Of a stretch of 32,000 nucleotides of DNA, positions 26,492-32,000 are shown in pieces. The position numbers and the translations under genes are program-made. The notes under the pieces were generated by a model. It had not been told where the DNA came from. It saw nothing but the letters and a program-made list of their open reading frames with translations, and ran no database searches. Origin of the DNA: Deinococcus radiodurans R1 = ATCC 13939 = DSM 20539 (GTDB lineage: Bacteria > Deinococcota > Deinococci > Deinococcales > Deinococcaceae); the NCBI RefSeq assembly GCF_000008565.1, contig NC_001263.1, positions 1,062,928-1,094,927 of the forward strand, written 5' to 3'. Numbering within the stretch: the stretch's first letter is position 1; each line of letters opens with the position of its first letter.

Positions 26492-27067
26492 GTGCAGATT
26501 TATCAGCTCTCTGGCCGCAACGTCGAAGTCACCGAACCCATGCGCGAGTACGTGGAAGAAAAGCTCTCGCGCCTCGACCGGTACACCGACCAGATCACCG
26601 ACGCCCGCGTGACCCTGACCGTGCGTGACGTGCGCAACAACGAGCGGCGCAACCGGGTGGAAGTGCAGCTCAATGTGCCCGGCGGCATCATTCGTGCCGA
26701 GGAGCACCACGCCGATATGTACGCGGCCATCGACAAGGCCAGTGACGTGCTGGAACGCCAGCTGCGCAAATTCAAGACCCGCTACATGAAGCAGCGCCAG
26801 GAAGGCCGCCCCGAGCCCCTGCCCGGCCCCGCCGAGGCCGAGGTCAATGCCCAGGGCAGCGGCGCAGCAATGGACGACGTGTCCGAATTTCACCCCGAAA
26901 TCGTGCGCCAGAAGCGCTTCGAACTGCGCCCGATGTCCGCCGAGGACGCCGTGGTGCAGATGGAAGCCCTCGGGCACGACTTCTACGTCTTTCAGGACCT
27001 GCAAGGCCAGACCGGCGTGGTCTACCGCCGCCGTGACGGGCACTACGGCCTAATCGGCTCGAGCTGA
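26492..27067 (+). CDS. hpf: ribosome hibernation-promoting factor, long form
   Basis: GTG start. RaiA/S30AE N-terminal domain (MQIYQLSGRNVEVTEPMREYVEEKL) plus the C-terminal dimerisation domain (IVRQKRFELRPMSAEDAVVQMEALGHDFYVFQD). Confidence 0.93.
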   Translation: MQIYQLSGRNVEVTEPMREYVEEKLSRLDRYTDQITDARVTLTVRDVRNNERRNRVEVQLNVPGGIIRAEEHHADMYAAIDKASDVLERQLRKFKTRYMKQRQEGRPEPLPGPAEAEVNAQGSGAAMDDVSEFHPEIVRQKRFELRPMSAEDAVVQMEALGHDFYVFQDLQGQTGVVYRRRDGHYGLIGSS

Positions 27068-27117
27068 GCCAGAGCCCAACTCGCCCTCAGTCCGTGTCGG
27101 GGGTTTTAGGGTGCAAC

Positions 27118-27828
27118 TCAGCGGATGACCGTCAGCGCCACATCGGGCAGGGTGGCGCTGAACGTTTGGCCGTCCACTTCCAAGTCACGCAGTCGCACGC
27201 GCAGGGCATAGCGGCCAGGGGAGAGGGGCAACGCCGGGTTGAATCGGTTGAGCGGCAGGTCAAAAGTGATGCCGCCCGTGCACAAGCTCGCCGCCGGGCA
27301 GTCGAGGCTCAGGCCTGCCAGCAGTCCACTGCCTTGCGGGCCAAAGCGCACGACTTCGCCGCGAGGAGTCAGCAGCTCGTACTCCACCGTGTTCAGGCCC
27401 CAGACGCCCCGGAGGGGCAGCGGCCCCGAGTTGTGCAGCTCCACCGCGATGCTCGCCGCCCTGCCCGTGACCGCCGCTGGGGGCACCCGGACCTGAGCCC
27501 GCAACGCTCCGAGGTGCGCTGGCTGGTCTTGCCGGGATGCGGGTGGCAAGTCGGGCGGTCCCTGCACCTGAATCCGGGCGCGAAAGCCCAGCGCCTTTTC
27601 GAGGTCTGCCGCGCTGGCGGTGCCCGTGACCGTCAGGACAGGGGGCTGGCAGGCTTCCGGTGGGCCCGGCCATTTGGCGCGGTCCACCTGCACGGGCAAG
27701 CGCAGGCCGTCCATGGCATCCTGATACGCGAGGCAGCGGTCAAGGGGGTCCGCCGCCGCCTGTGGCCGGGGCTGGCAGCCACACAGCAACAGCAGCAAAG
27801 CCAGCGGCAGGAGGCGGCTCTTCAGCAT
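27118..27828 (-). CDS. hypothetical lipoprotein
   Basis: MLKSRLLPLALLLLLCGC has a signal peptide with a lipobox-like L-C-G-C. I recognise no family. Confidence 0.6.
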   Translation of the reverse strand: MLKSRLLPLALLLLLCGCQPRPQAAADPLDRCLAYQDAMDGLRLPVQVDRAKWPGPPEACQPPVLTVTGTASAADLEKALGFRARIQVQGPPDLPPASRQDQPAHLGALRAQVRVPPAAVTGRAASIAVELHNSGPLPLRGVWGLNTVEYELLTPRGEVVRFGPQGSGLLAGLSLDCPAASLCTGGITFDLPLNRFNPALPLSPGRYALRVRLRDLEVDGQTFSATLPDVALTVIR

Positions 27829-27926
27829 AGGCCGCCCTGCCACCGCGCTCGACACGCCTGATGAGGACATGCGAACGCTCGTTCGGTTCCAGCGTGGCAA
27901 AATAGCTCCAACGGAGGACCCCAACC

Positions 27927-30062
<2,136 letters not shown>

Positions 30063-30125
30063 GCTGAATTTCGTGGGGCGGCTGGCTTGCGGGCTGGCCG
30101 CCTCTACATTTGAGAGGGGTGCCGT

Positions 30126-30881
30126 TTACACCCGGCCCAGGAAAGCGAAGGTGCGGTAGGTCAGCTCCACCGTGTCTTGCCGGGCTTGGCGGTCAAAGGC
30201 CTGGTCGAGCCGGGCAAGCAGTTCCGGAAAGCGCTCGCTGCCCGGCGCGGGGAGGTAACTCACGCTGCCGGCCAGCGCGTGCAGCCGCTCGCGGGTGAAG
30301 GTGAGCGGGTGATCGAAGCTGAGTTCTTCTGGGGCGCCGCTGAACCACTGCGCCAGCTCATCACGCGGCACGCGGGTCCGAACGCGGCCTTCCTCGGGGG
30401 AAAAGTGGGCGACGACGGCGCCGTAGGCCTCGTTGAAAGGCCCGTCAGCTTCCCGCCAGTCGTTCCAGACGAACAGCACCTGCCCGCCGGGGCGCAGCAC
30501 CCGCTGAAACTCGCGGCGAGTGGGAGCCGGGTCGAACCAGTGCGCGGCCTGCGCAGCGGTCAGGAGGTCCACGCTGCTGCCTGGCAGCCCGGTGGCCTCC
30601 GCCGTGCCGCTCTGCACACGCAATTGCCCACGCGTCACCTCAGCCGCGAGGGCGCGCAGCAGTTGCTCCCGCATCTCGGGATTGGGCTCCACCGCGATGA
30701 CCTGCGCGCCACGTTGCAGCAGCAGCCGGGTAAACAGCCCGGTGCCAGCGCCGAGGTCGGCCACCTGTCCGCGCAGCAGGCCGCGCCGTGCCAGTTCGTT
30801 GCCCAGCGCGGGCGGGTAGTCCGGGCGGGCCGCCGCGTAGACCTCGGCGCGGCCCAGAAAACGGTCGGGGTTGGCAGACAT
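30126..30881 (-). CDS. class I SAM-dependent methyltransferase
   Basis: VADLGAGTGLFT motif I. I chose the ATG at 30881 (MSANPDRF...). Confidence 0.8.
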   Translation of the reverse strand: MSANPDRFLGRAEVYAAARPDYPPALGNELARRGLLRGQVADLGAGTGLFTRLLLQRGAQVIAVEPNPEMREQLLRALAAEVTRGQLRVQSGTAEATGLPGSSVDLLTAAQAAHWFDPAPTRREFQRVLRPGGQVLFVWNDWREADGPFNEAYGAVVAHFSPEEGRVRTRVPRDELAQWFSGAPEELSFDHPLTFTRERLHALAGSVSYLPAPGSERFPELLARLDQAFDRQARQDTVELTYRTFAFLGRV

Positions 30882-30914
30882 GCGGGTATATTCGCAGTTT
30901 TCCTTTCCCGGTCC

Positions 30915-30920
30915 TATCCT
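30915..30920 (+). promoter_or_regulatory. -10-like box TATCCT, 7 nt upstream of ATG 30928 (leaderless-type start of alr)
   Basis: tatcct at 30915-30920, spacer ctttccc, ATG at 30928. Confidence 0.45.
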
Positions 30921-30927
30921 CTTTCCC

Positions 30928-31983
30928 ATGCTGCCCCGCGCCGTCGCCCACATTTCCGCCGCTGCCCTTGACCACAACCTGAGCGCCCTCGCGCAGCGCA
31001 GCGGCACCCGGCTGCTGCTGCCCGTCAAGGCCGACGCCTACGGACACGGCATGGAACTTGTCGGGCGGCTGGCGGCGGCGCACCCCGACGTGTGGGGACT
31101 GGCGGTGGCGACGCCGCAGGAGGCCGAAACGCTCGCCCGCCTCGACCTCGGCAAGCCGCTGCTGCTGCTCACGCCGCCCGCGCCGGAGGAGCTCGGGGCG
31201 CTCGCTGACCTCGGTGTGCGGTTGCCGGTCAGCACGCTCGCCGAGGTGGAGGCGCTGCCCGCCCACGCGCAGGCGCACCTGAAGGTGGACACCGGCATGA
31301 ATCGCCTCGGGGCGCGGCCTGCCGACGCGGTGGCGGTGGGCCGGGCACTGGCGGAGCGCGGGCAACTGGAGGGGGTCTACACCCATTTCGCCACGGCGGA
31401 CGAGCCTGACCTGTCCTTTGCCCTGACCCAGTTGGTCCGCTTCCGCAGCGTGCTGGACGCCTTGCCGCCCGTCCTCGCCCACTGCGCCAACGGGGGCGGC
31501 GTCCTCAGCTTCGGGCGCATTGAGGGGATGAGCCTCGCCCGGCCCGGTTTGGCGGCCTACGGCTACGTTCCCGAGCACCTGCGCCACGTCTGTGCCCTGC
31601 GCCCGGTGATGACGGTGCGCGCGCGGGTCAACCAGCTGCATACTGCCTACCCCGGCGAAACCGTCAGCTACGGCGCCCTGTGGCGGGCGGAGCGCGAAAC
31701 GGGGGTGGCGGTGGTCGGCATGGGCTACGCCGACGGCTACCCCCGCAACGCGACGGGCCGCGCCGCAGTCCTCATCGGCGGCGAGCGGCGCCCGGTGCTG
31801 GGCCGCATCTGCATGGACCAGATGATGGTGGACGTGACCGGGCTGGACGTGGGGGTCGGCGACTGGGCCGAGCTGTGGGGCGAAGGCGACCTCAGCGTGA
31901 CGGACGTGGCCCGCTGGGGTGACACCATTGAATATGAGGTGCTGACGGGGCTGGGGAGCCGGGTGGAGCGGCGGGTGGGGTGA
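30928..31983 (+). CDS. alr: alanine racemase
   Basis: PVKADAYGHG (PLP lysine) and the C-terminal GRICMDQMMVDV. I chose the ATG at 30928 (MLPRAVAHIS). Confidence 0.92.
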   Translation: MLPRAVAHISAAALDHNLSALAQRSGTRLLLPVKADAYGHGMELVGRLAAAHPDVWGLAVATPQEAETLARLDLGKPLLLLTPPAPEELGALADLGVRLPVSTLAEVEALPAHAQAHLKVDTGMNRLGARPADAVAVGRALAERGQLEGVYTHFATADEPDLSFALTQLVRFRSVLDALPPVLAHCANGGGVLSFGRIEGMSLARPGLAAYGYVPEHLRHVCALRPVMTVRARVNQLHTAYPGETVSYGALWRAERETGVAVVGMGYADGYPRNATGRAAVLIGGERRPVLGRICMDQMMVDVTGLDVGVGDWAELWGEGDLSVTDVARWGDTIEYEVLTGLGSRVERRVG

Positions 31984-32000
31984 AGGGCCCCTCACCCTTC

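Noticed and set aside
27829-27926. A cobalamin riboswitch upstream of the B12-dependent mutase.
   Set aside because: The intergenic region is only 98 nt and is shared with a divergent gene. That is too short for a B12 riboswitch, and I saw no B12-box-like sequence.

Overview
This is a high-GC bacterial chromosomal segment. The gene content and repeats point to Deinococcus, most like D. radiodurans: an archaeal-type 435-aa AspRS, a DinB-family protein, palindromic SNR-like intergenic repeats, and many gene starts directly behind a -10 box. This organism assignment is an inference, not a database hit. I recognise about 35 protein-coding genes and saw no rRNA, tRNA, CRISPR array, transposase or integrase.

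Gene content by region:
- 1-7.9 kb: MOSC fragment, spermidine-synthase-like methyltransferase, alpha/beta hydrolase, DUF2892, aspS, an MFS transporter with two tandem double-GNAT acetyltransferases, and an HD protein.
- 8-14.6 kb: meaB, a quinone oxidoreductase, a FemAB-type transferase, a parvulin PPIase, and DinB plus a second hydrolase.
- 14.7-19.9 kb: a thiolase / YciI / S51 peptidase / PH-membrane protein / hbd operon, then fabZ.
- 20-32 kb: an LptF/G-like permease / GT28 / CE4 deacetylase operon, a TetR + GT2 pair, hpf, methylmalonyl-CoA mutase and alr.

I found no obvious multi-gene defence or mobile system. The most interesting signals are:
1. A candidate ribosome-mediated attenuator upstream of aspS. 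It has a strong promoter, a leaderless 13-codon ORF with six consecutive Asn/Asp codons, alternative antiterminator and terminator pairings, and then the aspS RBS.
2. A roughly 695-bp low-GC peptidase cassette inserted in the thiolase-hbd operon. It is bracketed by a 30-nt direct repeat and carries a decayed copy of the hbd start.
3. Six apparent single-base indels disrupting five genes, all within the first 14 kb. These are probably sequence errors, but they should be checked.
4. A pervasive leaderless-start architecture.
5. A translationally coupled permease-glycosyltransferase-deacetylase operon.
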